The position numbers were made by a program, and so were the translations under genes. A DNA stretch of 64,000 bases from an uncultured Desulfobacteraceae bacterium (GTDB taxonomy: Bacteria > Desulfobacterota > Desulfobacteria > Desulfobacterales > SKZT01): NCBI GenBank assembly GCA_964575975.1, contig CAZNTU010000003.1, positions 23,811-87,810 on the forward strand, in the 5' to 3' direction. The notes under the pieces are model-generated. The model was not told the origin of the DNA, ran no database searches, and was given only the letters and a program-made list of their open reading frames with translations. The stretch's first letter is position 1. The number at the start of each line of letters is the position of its first letter. Shown one piece after another: positions 19,602 to 28,549 of the stretch.

Positions 19602-20210
19602 TTGGAACCTGTCTATGAGAACTCGTCGGTGGATACGGATCTGTCGATAGCGCTGGTCCATTATCCGGTGCTGAACAAAAACGGCGAAACCATAGCATCC
19701 GCCATAACGAACCTGGACCTGCACGACATCTCCAGGTCGGCAAGGACTTACGGGGTCAATACTTTCTACGTGGTCACGCCTCTCGTCGACCAGAGGGAGC
19801 TGGCCCGAAAAATAATCGACCACTGGATCGAAGGGTTCGGCGGGAAATACAATCCTGACAGAAAGGCGGCGGTCGAACTGATCAAGATAACGGATTCCGT
19901 CGAGGATGCCGCAGCGGATATTCTCGAGAGACGCTCGATGGCTCCGAAGACGGTAGCCACGAGCGCCAAAAAAGCATCCGGAAGTCTCGAATACCATACG
20001 TTTCGAAGAATGTTGGCGGATGGAAGCCCTTACCTGTTGCTGTTTGGAACGGCTTGGGGGCTTTCCGGCGAGTTGACGCGCAAGACGGATTATTTTCTGG
20101 AACCGATCGCGGGAACCGGCAAGTACAACCATCTTTCGGTCCGTTCGGCTTCGGCCATCATACTGGACCGGCTGCTGGGAAGAGAAGAACGACAGTTTCA
20201 GACAACTTGA
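19602..20210 (+). CDS. SPOUT-like SAM-dependent RNA methyltransferase family protein (Methyltrn_RNA_4-type)
   Basis: 'IALVHYPVLNKNGE...TNLDLHDISRSARTYG' resembles the uncharacterised RNA methyltransferase family found between trmD and rplS in some lineages. TTG start at 19602 (an in-frame GTG at 19629 is an alternative). Confidence 0.6.
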   Translation: MEPVYENSSVDTDLSIALVHYPVLNKNGETIASAITNLDLHDISRSARTYGVNTFYVVTPLVDQRELARKIIDHWIEGFGGKYNPDRKAAVELIKITDSVEDAAADILERRSMAPKTVATSAKKASGSLEYHTFRRMLADGSPYLLLFGTAWGLSGELTRKTDYFLEPIAGTGKYNHLSVRSASAIILDRLLGREERQFQTT

Positions 20211-20252
20211 ATAGAGTCAAACCGAAATATGAACCATTAGGGGGACAGAACC

Positions 20253-20600
20253 ATGGAGATCATTAAAAACTTAGAAAAGGAAATGATTCGCATGGACCAT
20301 CCGGCCTTCGACGCCGGAGACAACGTCAAGGTCCATGTGAAGATCAAAGAGGGCGAGAAGACCCGCATCCAGGTTTTCCAGGGAGTCGTCATCAGCAAGA
20401 GAAACAACGGGGCGCAATCTTCTTTTACAGTCCGCAAGGTTTCCTACGGCGTGGGCGTGGAAAGGGTTTTTCCCATGCATTCGCCGATCATCGACCAGAT
20501 CGAAGTCGTCACGAAGGGACGAGTTCGTCGGGCCAAAATCTACTACCTGCGCAAACTTCGCGGAAAAGCCGCCAGAATCAAGGAGAAAAGATTCAGCTAA
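20253..20600 (+). CDS. rplS: 50S ribosomal protein L19
   Basis: '[29 protein letters not shown]'. Confidence 0.95.
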   Translation: MEIIKNLEKEMIRMDHPAFDAGDNVKVHVKIKEGEKTRIQVFQGVVISKRNNGAQSSFTVRKVSYGVGVERVFPMHSPIIDQIEVVTKGRVRRAKIYYLRKLRGKAARIKEKRFS

Positions 20601-20696
20601 CAAGTTTTCGGAAGCCCGGAGGGGCGGATTCGGGTGACTTGCCGACGATTTTCACCTTGCTCCGCCCTGCCAACCTTTTTTCGCAAACGAACCGGT

Positions 20697-21332
20697 ATGC
20701 CTGACGATCTTCAAGAAGACATTTGGGCCTATGAAAAAATCGCGTCGGCCAACGGTTTTTCAAGAGTCGCGGGCGTCGACGAAGCGGGCCGGGGCCCGCT
20801 GGCCGGACCGGTCGTGTCGGCGGCCGTAATCCTTCCCGAAAATTTCGAAACCTCGGGACTCGCCGATTCCAAAGCTCTTTCCCCCAAAAAGCGCGATATG
20901 TTCTTCGAGCGGATTCTCTCCCGAGCGGTGGCAGTCGGAGTCGGTGTCGTGGAGCCGGAGGAAATAGACCGCGTCAATATCCTTCAGGCCGCGCTTCTTT
21001 CCATGGCTGTCGCGGTGCGAAACCTCGGAGTTCGGCCCGATTGCCTGCTGATCGACGGCAAATTCATCATCCCCCAAACTGCATTGACCTGTAAAATCGA
21101 ACAACAGGCTATCGTCAAGGGAGATTGTCTTAGCATTTCCATATCGGCCGCGTCTGTGGTGGCCAAAGTCACCCGGGACCGGATCATGGAGAAGTACCAT
21201 TGCGAATATCCATGCTACGGCTTCGACCGACACAAGGGCTATCCCACGAAGGCGCACAGGGAGGCCATTCGAACGCACGGCTGCTGCCCGATCCACAGGA
21301 AAACCTTCAAAGGCGTCAAGGAGTACGCGTGA
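20697..21332 (+). CDS. rnhB: ribonuclease HII
   Basis: 'AGVDEAGRGPLAGPVV', 'DSK.LS...R'. The internal ATG at 20697 gives a typical N-terminal length; the ORF extends to GTG 20634. Confidence 0.9.
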   Translation: MPDDLQEDIWAYEKIASANGFSRVAGVDEAGRGPLAGPVVSAAVILPENFETSGLADSKALSPKKRDMFFERILSRAVAVGVGVVEPEEIDRVNILQAALLSMAVAVRNLGVRPDCLLIDGKFIIPQTALTCKIEQQAIVKGDCLSISISAASVVAKVTRDRIMEKYHCEYPCYGFDRHKGYPTKAHREAIRTHGCCPIHRKTFKGVKEYA

Positions 21333-21333
21333 A

Positions 21334-21702
21334 ATGAAAACCGAGGGTCAGGAATTCGGCGAAACCAGCGAGACAGTGGCGGCAAGGCACCTCCGGAAAA
21401 ACGGATACAAGATAGTCAAACGCAACTATCGGACCAAGGCGGGGGAAATCGACATTATCGCAATGGACGGGGATACGATCGTCTTCGTGGAGGTCAAGGC
21501 AAGAAGGACCTCCGGTTACAACCCCAAGGAGGCGGTCACGCCAAACAAGCAGAGAAGAATCTCCATTGCGGCCCTTTATTACCTGAAAGCCAACCGTCTT
21601 TTGAACGCGAAAGCCAGGTTCGACGTGGTCGCCATCGGCTCGAAAAACGTTCCGGGCGGGATCGAAATCGTCAAAAACGCGTTCGAGCTTGCCTATCGAT
21701 AG
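21334..21702 (+). CDS. YraN-family endonuclease (UPF0102)
   Basis: 'GEIDIIAMDGDTIVFVEVKAR' and conserved position after rnhB. Confidence 0.85.
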   Translation: MKTEGQEFGETSETVAARHLRKNGYKIVKRNYRTKAGEIDIIAMDGDTIVFVEVKARRTSGYNPKEAVTPNKQRRISIAALYYLKANRLLNAKARFDVVAIGSKNVPGGIEIVKNAFELAYR

Positions 21703-22823
21703 AGCGCGTCAAGAACAGCCTCAACCGCTCTTTGTATATCCTCATCCGACGTCGTCCGCCCCGTGCTGAACCGGATGGTTCCCTTCGCCCAAGCTTCCGG
21801 CAGGCGCATGGCGGAGAGTACGTGGGACATTTGCACGAGTCCGGAATGGCAGGCGGCTCCCGCCGACGCGGCGACATGCGGGGAAATTTTCGCAAGGATT
21901 CGGTCGGCTTCCAACCCTTTGAAAGAGACGCTCAGCGTGTTCGGAAGCACCTTTTCCGGATGTCCGTTTCTTTTGATGCCGGGCCATCCCTTCTTTAGAC
22001 CCTCGTAAAGGTCGTCCCTCGTTTTTTTCATCCGAGCCGCGTGTTTTTCGAAGTTTTCCAACGCGACCACGCACGCCATGCCGAGTCCGACTATGCCCAT
22101 GACGTTTTCGGTGCCGGCCCTTCTGCCCGTCTCCTGGCCTGCGCCGCGCATGAATATATCGGGGGTTTTTCCCTTGCGGACATAAAGCGCTCCCACCCCT
22201 TTCGGCGCGTAAAGCTTGTGTCCTGCCACCGAGAGCAAATCTACGCCCAGCCTTTGCACGTCCGCAGGAATTTTTCCGACGGATTGGGCCGCGTCGGTAT
22301 GGAAAACGATATCGCGGCTTCTCGCGAGGGCCGCGATTTCCTCGACGGGCTGAACCGAACCGACTTCGTTGTTGGCGTGCATCACCGTAATCAGAATCGT
22401 ATCGGGGATAATCGCGTCCCGCACGTCTTCGACGCCGACGACGCAGTTTTCGTCCACCGGAAGTCGCGTCACCGAAAAGCCCGTGGCCTCGAGATGCCGG
22501 CACACCTCCAAGACGGCCGGATGCTCGATTTGCGTCGTAACGATGTGGCGGCCCTTGCTCTTTAAACGCGACGCGGTGCCGAAAATCGCGAAGTTGTTGG
22601 ACTCGGTACCTCCGCTGGTAAACACGATTTCCTCTGGAGAGCAGTTCAACAGCTTCGAGACTTGCATCCGGGCCTTCGCGACCGCGTTTTTAGGACCGAC
22701 TCCGAAAGAGTGGGAACTGGAGGGATTCCCGAACTCGTTTTCGAAAAACGGTTTCATGGCCTCCCGGACCGCAGGGTCCAGCGGAGTGGTCGCGTTGCAA
22801 TCAAGATAGACGGGATTCGACAT
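21693..22823 (-). CDS. cysteine desulfurase (NifS/IscS class)
   Basis: 'YLDCNATTP', 'TSGGTESNN', PLP-Lys 'HKLYAPKGVGALY' and active-site 'SAGAACHSG'. Confidence 0.9.
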   Translation of the reverse strand: MSNPVYLDCNATTPLDPAVREAMKPFFENEFGNPSSSHSFGVGPKNAVAKARMQVSKLLNCSPEEIVFTSGGTESNNFAIFGTASRLKSKGRHIVTTQIEHPAVLEVCRHLEATGFSVTRLPVDENCVVGVEDVRDAIIPDTILITVMHANNEVGSVQPVEEIAALARSRDIVFHTDAAQSVGKIPADVQRLGVDLLSVAGHKLYAPKGVGALYVRKGKTPDIFMRGAGQETGRRAGTENVMGIVGLGMACVVALENFEKHAARMKKTRDDLYEGLKKGWPGIKRNGHPEKVLPNTLSVSFKGLEADRILAKISPHVAASAGAACHSGLVQMSHVLSAMRLPEAWAKGTIRFSTGRTTSDEDIQRAVEAVLDALYR

Positions 22824-22846
22824 GGATAAATTATATTGTTTTAGAT

Positions 22847-23314
22847 TCAGTTGAACAAGTAAAATCCCAGGACCTTGTCATAGTCGTCCAGGAAACAGAA
22901 TTCGGCGCCGATCATGTTGCCCTCGATTTTTTTGACGATCGCCTTCTTTTTGACCATGGACTTGTTTTTATCGTCCAAGCGAAACTCCAGAGCGACAAGA
23001 TCCTCCATTTCAAGGTTCTTGCTTTCCGACGTCCTGAACTGGAGTCCGGAGCGCGATACGTTGGTCACGGTCATGGGGGATTCTTTTCCGTTCTTGTCGA
23101 GCCTGAACACGCCGGGCAGTTTGGTTTCCTTTCGGTAGTATTTCCGCCGCTCGAGCAAGACCGGATACGAATGTCCGCAGGGGCATTTGGCTTTGAGTTT
23201 CGCGTTCGCCTTTGCGCCCAGAAACTTGGAAACCTCCACGGTTCTGGCTTTGGCGCAACTGGGACATGTGAAGATCGCTTTGTTTTCAGAATTGACATAA
23301 ACTTTTTGCATCAT
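22847..23314 (-). CDS. PilZ-domain protein with N-terminal zinc-ribbon-like CxxC...CxC
   Basis: 'CPSCAKA...CPCGH' followed by 'RRKYYRK' (RxxxR) and 'NVSRSGLQF' (D/NxSxxG) PilZ motifs. Confidence 0.7.
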   Translation of the reverse strand: MMQKVYVNSENKAIFTCPSCAKARTVEVSKFLGAKANAKLKAKCPCGHSYPVLLERRKYYRKETKLPGVFRLDKNGKESPMTVTNVSRSGLQFRTSESKNLEMEDLVALEFRLDDKNKSMVKKKAIVKKIEGNMIGAEFCFLDDYDKVLGFYLFN

Positions 23315-23352
23315 TTTCGATCCTTCGCTTCAGCTGGAAAATTTTTTTTCAA

Positions 23353-23400
23353 ATTTTGGGGTCCGCTTCCGCTTTCATTTTGGGATTCGCTTCCGCTTTT
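23353..23400. repeat. 2 x 24-nt tandem direct repeat in the PilZ upstream region
   Basis: ATTTTGGGGTCCGCTTCCGCTTTC / ATTTTGGGATTCGCTTCCGCTTTT, 21/24 identical, 39-86 nt upstream of the PilZ start on the minus strand. Confidence 0.85.
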
Positions 23401-23438
23401 AAACGATCACAGACAATAGGCAGGGTCCGTCCAAATCG

Positions 23439-23657
23439 TCAATACCTGTAGTAGCGGCCGCTGGGCAACATATCCTCGTTCGGAGGCTTGCCATGTTCGC
23501 GATTGTATGCTTTTCTCGCGCATTTCGCGGCTTTGGGTCCTTTGCAGTATTCTCTTATGAACCCCATCAGGACCGGTTCGCGCCCGTCCTCGAACTTCAA
23601 ATAAAACCCGCAATGGGAAATCTGCTCGCACTCTTTCATGGCAATCCTCGTTTGCAT
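23439..23657 (-). CDS. small Cys-containing hypothetical protein (72 aa)
   Basis: ATG ORF (alternative ATG at 23639). Four Cys, basic. No family recognised. Confidence 0.45.
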   Translation of the reverse strand: MQTRIAMKECEQISHCGFYLKFEDGREPVLMGFIREYCKGPKAAKCARKAYNREHGKPPNEDMLPSGRYYRY

Positions 23658-23684
23658 AGATTTATATACTTGCGATTTCGGCGC

Positions 23685-23716
23685 CTTTCAAGAAAAAAGA
23701 GGTGCGGATTTCAATT
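23685..23716 (-). terminator. candidate Rho-independent terminator after the Smr gene
   Basis: Minus-strand GAGGAGCG/CGCACCTC stem (one mismatch) followed by TTTTTT. Confidence 0.4.
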
Positions 23717-23765
23717 CGCTCCTCCCGTCGTCGCAATAGTCGTTTAGTTCGGAAATCGCTTCTTT

Positions 23766-24047
23766 TTATTTGCTTTTCGCCTTCCTCTTCAATTCGACAA
23801 CGGTGGCTCCCCATCCGCCCGACTCCATCGATGCGTCCTTGAACGACACCGCCAGTTCGTTTTTTTCCAGTTCTTTTCTTACGATCTTTTTCAAAATGCC
23901 GCCGCCCTTGCCGTGGATTATCCGCACGGTTTCGATCTCCGCCTTGAAGCATTCCTCCAAATAATCCTCCAGAAGAGAGGGGACTTCTCGGGGATGGAAA
24001 CAATGCAAGTCCAGGACGTCTTCGATGGGAATCTTTACGGGTTTCAT
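23766..24047 (-). CDS. Smr-domain protein
   Basis: 'VLDLHCFHP...ETVRIIHGKGGGILK' Smr signature. The internal ATG at 24047 gives a 93-aa protein; the ORF extension to 24203 looks non-coding. Confidence 0.8.
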   Translation of the reverse strand: MKPVKIPIEDVLDLHCFHPREVPSLLEDYLEECFKAEIETVRIIHGKGGGILKKIVRKELEKNELAVSFKDASMESGGWGATVVELKRKAKSK

Positions 24048-24128
24048 CGCGTTCCTCCTTGCCTTGTTCGCCTTAAATGTTTTTGTCCGCAGTTCCTCGT
24101 GAAAAGCCGCGATTCGTCGTTTCGTTCT

Positions 24129-24157
24129 TTGACAACAACAAGGTCTTCGGATAAGAT
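24129..24157 (+). promoter_or_regulatory. sigma-70-like promoter candidate for plsY
   Basis: TTGACA - 17 nt - TAAGAT, 58 nt upstream of ATG 24215. Confidence 0.4.
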
Positions 24158-24214
24158 ACGTCCCTTCTGTAGAAAAACCAACTTTTTTCAAATGCGAAAG
24201 CAAAGGGGCTCGAC

Positions 24215-24841
24215 ATGACAGTTCCGGCGTTCATCCTGATAACAACAGCCTATTTTTTGGGTTCCGTGCCGTGGGGGCTCGTATTGACCAAATGTTTTTC
24301 CTCGGCGGACATATTGGCGGAAGGAAGCGGGAACATCGGCGCCACGAATGTCAGGAGAATTGCGGGCGCTCGACTCGGAGCCTTGACTCTTGCCGGAGAC
24401 GTTCTGAAGGGCCTTGTCCCTGTTCTGGCGGCTCGACTGACGTTCGGCACGCAAGATCCTTGGGCGGCGATTCTTACTTGCGCCGTTGCGCTTGCGGCAT
24501 TTTTGGGCCATTTATATCCCGTATATCTAAAGTTCGATAACGGGGGAAAAGGCGTGGCGACCACGTTCGGTTGTTTCCTGGTCGTATCTCCGACGGCCTG
24601 CCTGATATCCCTGCTGTTTTTTCTTTTGGTCGCGTACCGGTCCAACCGGGCATCGGCCGGATCTCTGGCGGCCTCGGCGACGCTCCCCTTCGCCGTGCGG
24701 ATGACGGGAGACTTTTTGTCGGAAACCCTTTGCGCGACGATCTTTTTCGTGATGATCGCGATTCGCCACAAGGGCAACATCGAGCGTCTGATCAAAGGGA
24801 CGGAACCGGTCATAGCTCGCAGGGAAAAGGCAGCTCGGTAG
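24215..24841 (+). CDS. plsY: glycerol-3-phosphate acyltransferase PlsY
   Basis: 'YFLGSVPWGLVL...GSGNIGATNVRR', polytopic. Confidence 0.9.
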   Translation: MTVPAFILITTAYFLGSVPWGLVLTKCFSSADILAEGSGNIGATNVRRIAGARLGALTLAGDVLKGLVPVLAARLTFGTQDPWAAILTCAVALAAFLGHLYPVYLKFDNGGKGVATTFGCFLVVSPTACLISLLFFLLVAYRSNRASAGSLAASATLPFAVRMTGDFLSETLCATIFFVMIAIRHKGNIERLIKGTEPVIARREKAAR

Positions 24842-25586
24842 ACAGAGGAACGGTTTTCCAGGTTTCGAATTCGCAATCGGCGCCGGCGGGACGTTCAACG
24901 GAAACAGCTGCCGGATGGTTCGAAAGAGGTTCGAAAAGCTTGAATTGCCACCGATCGGGATCGTCGTTCATGTCGGGCGCGAAGGAAATCCGGATGGGTT
25001 CGTTTTCTTTCAAATGGAACGCAAATCGGTCCAAAGGCAGGGACAATCCTATGCCTCGCGCTTTAACGTAGGACTCCTTAAGGGTCCAGTACCTGTAAAA
25101 CCGTTCTTTTCTTTCGGTTTCGTCCAAGGTTTCCAGATCCGCGATCTCTTCGGGCGAAAAATAACGGCTCGCGATTCCGTCGGTTTTGCTTTGCCTTTCG
25201 ATGTTCTCGACATCCACGCCAATATCGCGATTCAAGGCAACTCCGCAAACGATCAGGCCGGCGGTATGGGAAAGATTGAACCTGATCCCCAAACGGTTCA
25301 TCGATCTTGAAATTTCGGGTTTCCCGTACTTGTTCGCGCAAAAACGCCACCGGTCGGGCTCGATGTCGGCGTAACGGGACAAAACCGAGCGCACCAGAGC
25401 CCTTGCGACAAGAAAACGATGCCGATGCCGATCAAATCGAAACCGGCCTTGCCGGACGAGTTCATCGTCGGCAAGGATTTTTTCGTACCGCGACAGGAGT
25501 TCCGGGTCTTCGATTTCGTCGGGAAAGGCGAACCAAAGATGGACTTGATTCGGGTTCAATTTCCTGTCTCGATCAGCCCGCGACAT
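24810..25586 (-). CDS. 4'-phosphopantetheinyl transferase (Sfp type)
   Basis: 'FNLSHTAGLIVCGV', 'GVDVENI', 'WTLKESYVKARG'. 3' end overlaps plsY by 32 nt. Confidence 0.85.
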   Translation of the reverse strand: MSRADRDRKLNPNQVHLWFAFPDEIEDPELLSRYEKILADDELVRQGRFRFDRHRHRFLVARALVRSVLSRYADIEPDRWRFCANKYGKPEISRSMNRLGIRFNLSHTAGLIVCGVALNRDIGVDVENIERQSKTDGIASRYFSPEEIADLETLDETERKERFYRYWTLKESYVKARGIGLSLPLDRFAFHLKENEPIRISFAPDMNDDPDRWQFKLFEPLSNHPAAVSVERPAGADCEFETWKTVPLSTELPFPCEL

Positions 25587-25592
25587 GATTTC

Positions 25593-25961
25593 CTATTTGT
25601 TTTCGATGGATTCTTTCGCTTTCAAAAATTTTTCGGTTACGACTCCGGTCAACCCGGCCGCTTCCTCCAGCATACGCGCGGCCTCCTTCAAGTTCATGGC
25701 GGCGGCCTTTTCGGCCCACTGCCTGTAGTTGGACGCGTGATCGTCGTTGTGGCCCGCCCAGTGCTCCAGCAGCTTGACCAGCTTTTCCCTCTCCGGCATG
25801 GAGCTTGTCGCTTCGCCGGATTGAATGCCGACATGATTGTGGCCATGGCAGTGTTCGTGCTTGTGGCAGTGGCCATGGCCGTGATCCTGGTGTTCGTGAC
25901 TGTGGCTGTGATTGTGGTCGTGGTCGTGATCGTGTTTATGGTCGTGATCGTGATGGGTCAT
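25593..25961 (-). CDS. histidine-rich (His/Asp repeat) putative metal-binding protein
   Basis: AAGGAG RBS 9 nt before ATG 25961. 'MTHHDHDHKHDHDHDHNHSHSHEHQDHGHGHCHKHEHCHGHNH' followed by an alpha-helical C-terminal half. Confidence 0.75.
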   Translation of the reverse strand: MTHHDHDHKHDHDHDHNHSHSHEHQDHGHGHCHKHEHCHGHNHVGIQSGEATSSMPEREKLVKLLEHWAGHNDDHASNYRQWAEKAAAMNLKEAARMLEEAAGLTGVVTEKFLKAKESIENK

Positions 25962-26262
25962 TCGTTTTTTCTCCTTATGGTTTTCAATCGGATTTTCCAC
26001 GGTATGCAAAAATTTCCAAGGGATAGTATGGTTGTTGAAATCATTAGTCAACAAAGAGAATCGATCTTTCCTGATCGGTCCGAAAAAATAAACGGGGCGC
26101 GAACTTTTCTCGCATGGAAAAATTTCCTAACGATAATCTAACACAACCGTCTTAATGTGATTCGTATGGAAGTCTGCGTCGATGATCGTGCGCCATTTTC
26201 TTCGACCTCTCGATCATTTTCTCCAACCCGGAATTTTCCAGCGGGAAAGAAAGGATTGTTTC

Positions 26263-27894
26263 ATGCCAAAAATCAAACAAGCGCTCCCGACTCTTTTGTT
26301 CGCCATGTTATTCATTTTTTTCTACGGTTGCGGCGACGGCAGCGACAGCGAATCCGGAGACAAAGGCGATAAGATTTCGTCCACGCCGGCTCTGACCATC
26401 GTATCCGGTTCGGAAAACGAGGAGCTGCAGCCGTTGATCGAGGAATTCTCCCGTAAAAACAATTGTCCGATCACGATCAAGTACATGGGAAGCGTCGATA
26501 TGATGCTGGCTTTGGCCGAGCAGGGGGCGCAAATTCCGTACGACGCCGTTTGGCCCGCCAATTCCCTGTGGGTCGCCTTGGGCGACCACCGCAAGGTTGT
26601 CGGGCAAATGGAAAGCATCATGCGTTCTCCCGTCATTCTGGGCGTGAAAAAGTCCATGGCGCAATCCATGGGCTGGACCGATAAAACGATCGCCGTCTCC
26701 GACATGCTGAACGCGGCACGAGAGGGAAAGCTTCGGTTTTCGATGACCTCCGCCACGCAATCGAACTCGGGATCAAGCGCGTATCTCGGATTTTTGCACG
26801 CTCTGGCCGGAAGCCCCGAAGTTCTGCAAACGGATCATTTGAACAATCCTCGAATCCAAAGCGACCTGAAAGAACTCCTGTCCAAGATAAACCGGTCGTC
26901 GGGAAGCAGCGGATGGCTCAAGACCGCGATGGTGGAGCATCCGGAGCGTTTTCATGCCATGATCAACTACGAATCCATGATAATCGAGGCAAACCGGGAG
27001 CTGATAGCAAAAGGCCAGGAACCCTTGTACGCGATATACCCGGCCGACGGCATCATGATCGCCGATTCTCCGCTGGGATACATCGACAAAGGCGACCCTC
27101 GGAAAAAAGAGATTTTCACGGAATTGCAGCAGTACCTTCTTTCCGACGAGGTGCAACAAAAAATCCTGGCCATGGGACGGCGAACCGGCTTGGTGGGTCT
27201 CAATCCCGGTTCCGCGAACAAACGGGTTTTCAATCCCGACTGGGGCATCGATATCGCGAAAATTATTTCGCCCATACCTACGCCGAGCGAGGATGTCATT
27301 CGCAAAGCCTTGGAACTTTACCAGATCAGCCTCAGAAAGCCTTCTTGCACCGCCTACGTGGTGGACGTGTCCGGGAGCATGGAGGGAAAAGGCATCGAAG
27401 AGCTGAAAGCGGCGATGACGACGCTTCTTGATCCGACACAGGCGGCAAGATATCTTTTGCAGCCGTCGGCCGAGGATGTCCACATCGTCATTCCCTTCAA
27501 CAGCCAGCCATTGAACGGGGTCAAAGTCGCGGGCAACAGCGTCGAAACGATGAACAACCTGTTGAATTTCGTCCAAAGCCTCGCGCCCGGCGGAGGGACC
27601 GACATATATTCCGCGGCGGCCAGCGCTATCGGAGTCATCTCGACCGTTCCGAACATCGACAAATATTTTCCGGCGATCATCCTAATGACCGACGGCCAGT
27701 CCAAGGGGGACATCGGCGTGTTGAAACAAGCGATGGACAGCACACCGCTCGGGCATGACATTCCAATCCATTCCATTACCTTCGGGGAAGCCAGCGAGGC
27801 GCAGCTGAGGGAAATTTCGGAAATCAGCATCGGAAAAGTATTTCAGGGCGAGGACCTGATCAAGGCGTTCAGGCAGGCAAAAGGATACAACTGA
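26263..27894 (+). CDS. lipoprotein: periplasmic substrate-binding-like domain fused to a VWA domain
   Basis: Lipobox 'FFYGC'. N-terminal PBP-like region. C-terminal VWA with complete MIDAS ('VVDVSGSM', 'GGGTDIYSA', 'IILMTDGQ'). Confidence 0.8.
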   Translation: MPKIKQALPTLLFAMLFIFFYGCGDGSDSESGDKGDKISSTPALTIVSGSENEELQPLIEEFSRKNNCPITIKYMGSVDMMLALAEQGAQIPYDAVWPANSLWVALGDHRKVVGQMESIMRSPVILGVKKSMAQSMGWTDKTIAVSDMLNAAREGKLRFSMTSATQSNSGSSAYLGFLHALAGSPEVLQTDHLNNPRIQSDLKELLSKINRSSGSSGWLKTAMVEHPERFHAMINYESMIIEANRELIAKGQEPLYAIYPADGIMIADSPLGYIDKGDPRKKEIFTELQQYLLSDEVQQKILAMGRRTGLVGLNPGSANKRVFNPDWGIDIAKIISPIPTPSEDVIRKALELYQISLRKPSCTAYVVDVSGSMEGKGIEELKAAMTTLLDPTQAARYLLQPSAEDVHIVIPFNSQPLNGVKVAGNSVETMNNLLNFVQSLAPGGGTDIYSAAASAIGVISTVPNIDKYFPAIILMTDGQSKGDIGVLKQAMDSTPLGHDIPIHSITFGEASEAQLREISEISIGKVFQGEDLIKAFRQAKGYN

Positions 27895-27916
27895 AAAGCA
27901 TCGAAGGCCACAATTC

Positions 27917-28549
27917 ATGAAAGAGCATCTCAGACAAATATTCGCGGGACTGACTGCGGCGATCGTTTTGGTGGTTCTGGTCCTCGCCGCGAATTTCGTC
28001 TTTTGGTTCGATTTGTTGATCGCGGGGCTGACTGGCCTCGGAACCTACTTTACGATTCCAAGGAAAAAAAGCGACGAGGAAATCGAGGTGGCCCCCGGGG
28101 TTACCCGCGCGCAACTCGACCGGGCTGCCGAACAGGTGGATGCCTACGTTCGGCGATTCTCGCGGGAGGAACAAAAATGCGCCAGCCCCGAAACGCGGAG
28201 AATGATCGCCGGAATTAGAAACGCTCTCGAGAAGATCGGGGAAAACTTTCGGCTGGATCCGGGCGACCTGAACCTTGCCCATCAATTCTTGAACCAATAT
28301 CTTGAAAAATCGTTCGCCGTCGTCAGCCAATACAACCGTCTTGCCGTCATGGCCCGCGACGACCGTCTTGCGGAGCAGCTTGGAAACGTGGAGAAATCCA
28401 TAGAGAGAATCAAGCTGGGTTTCGACGGCTTTTACCGTAAATGCCTGGAAAACGACCTTTACAACCTGGAAGTGGAAAGCGAAACGTTAAACGCCATTCT
28501 GGAAATGGATCAACCTTTTCTGGATACTGAAGAAAGGAGCAGCGCGTGA
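27917..28549 (+). CDS. XpaC-like (5-bromo-4-chloroindolyl phosphate hydrolysis protein family) membrane protein
   Basis: Two N-terminal TM segments followed by a helical cytoplasmic domain ('...HQFLNQYLEKSFAVVSQYNRL...') resembling XpaC-family proteins. Confidence 0.55.
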   Translation: MKEHLRQIFAGLTAAIVLVVLVLAANFVFWFDLLIAGLTGLGTYFTIPRKKSDEEIEVAPGVTRAQLDRAAEQVDAYVRRFSREEQKCASPETRRMIAGIRNALEKIGENFRLDPGDLNLAHQFLNQYLEKSFAVVSQYNRLAVMARDDRLAEQLGNVEKSIERIKLGFDGFYRKCLENDLYNLEVESETLNAILEMDQPFLDTEERSSA

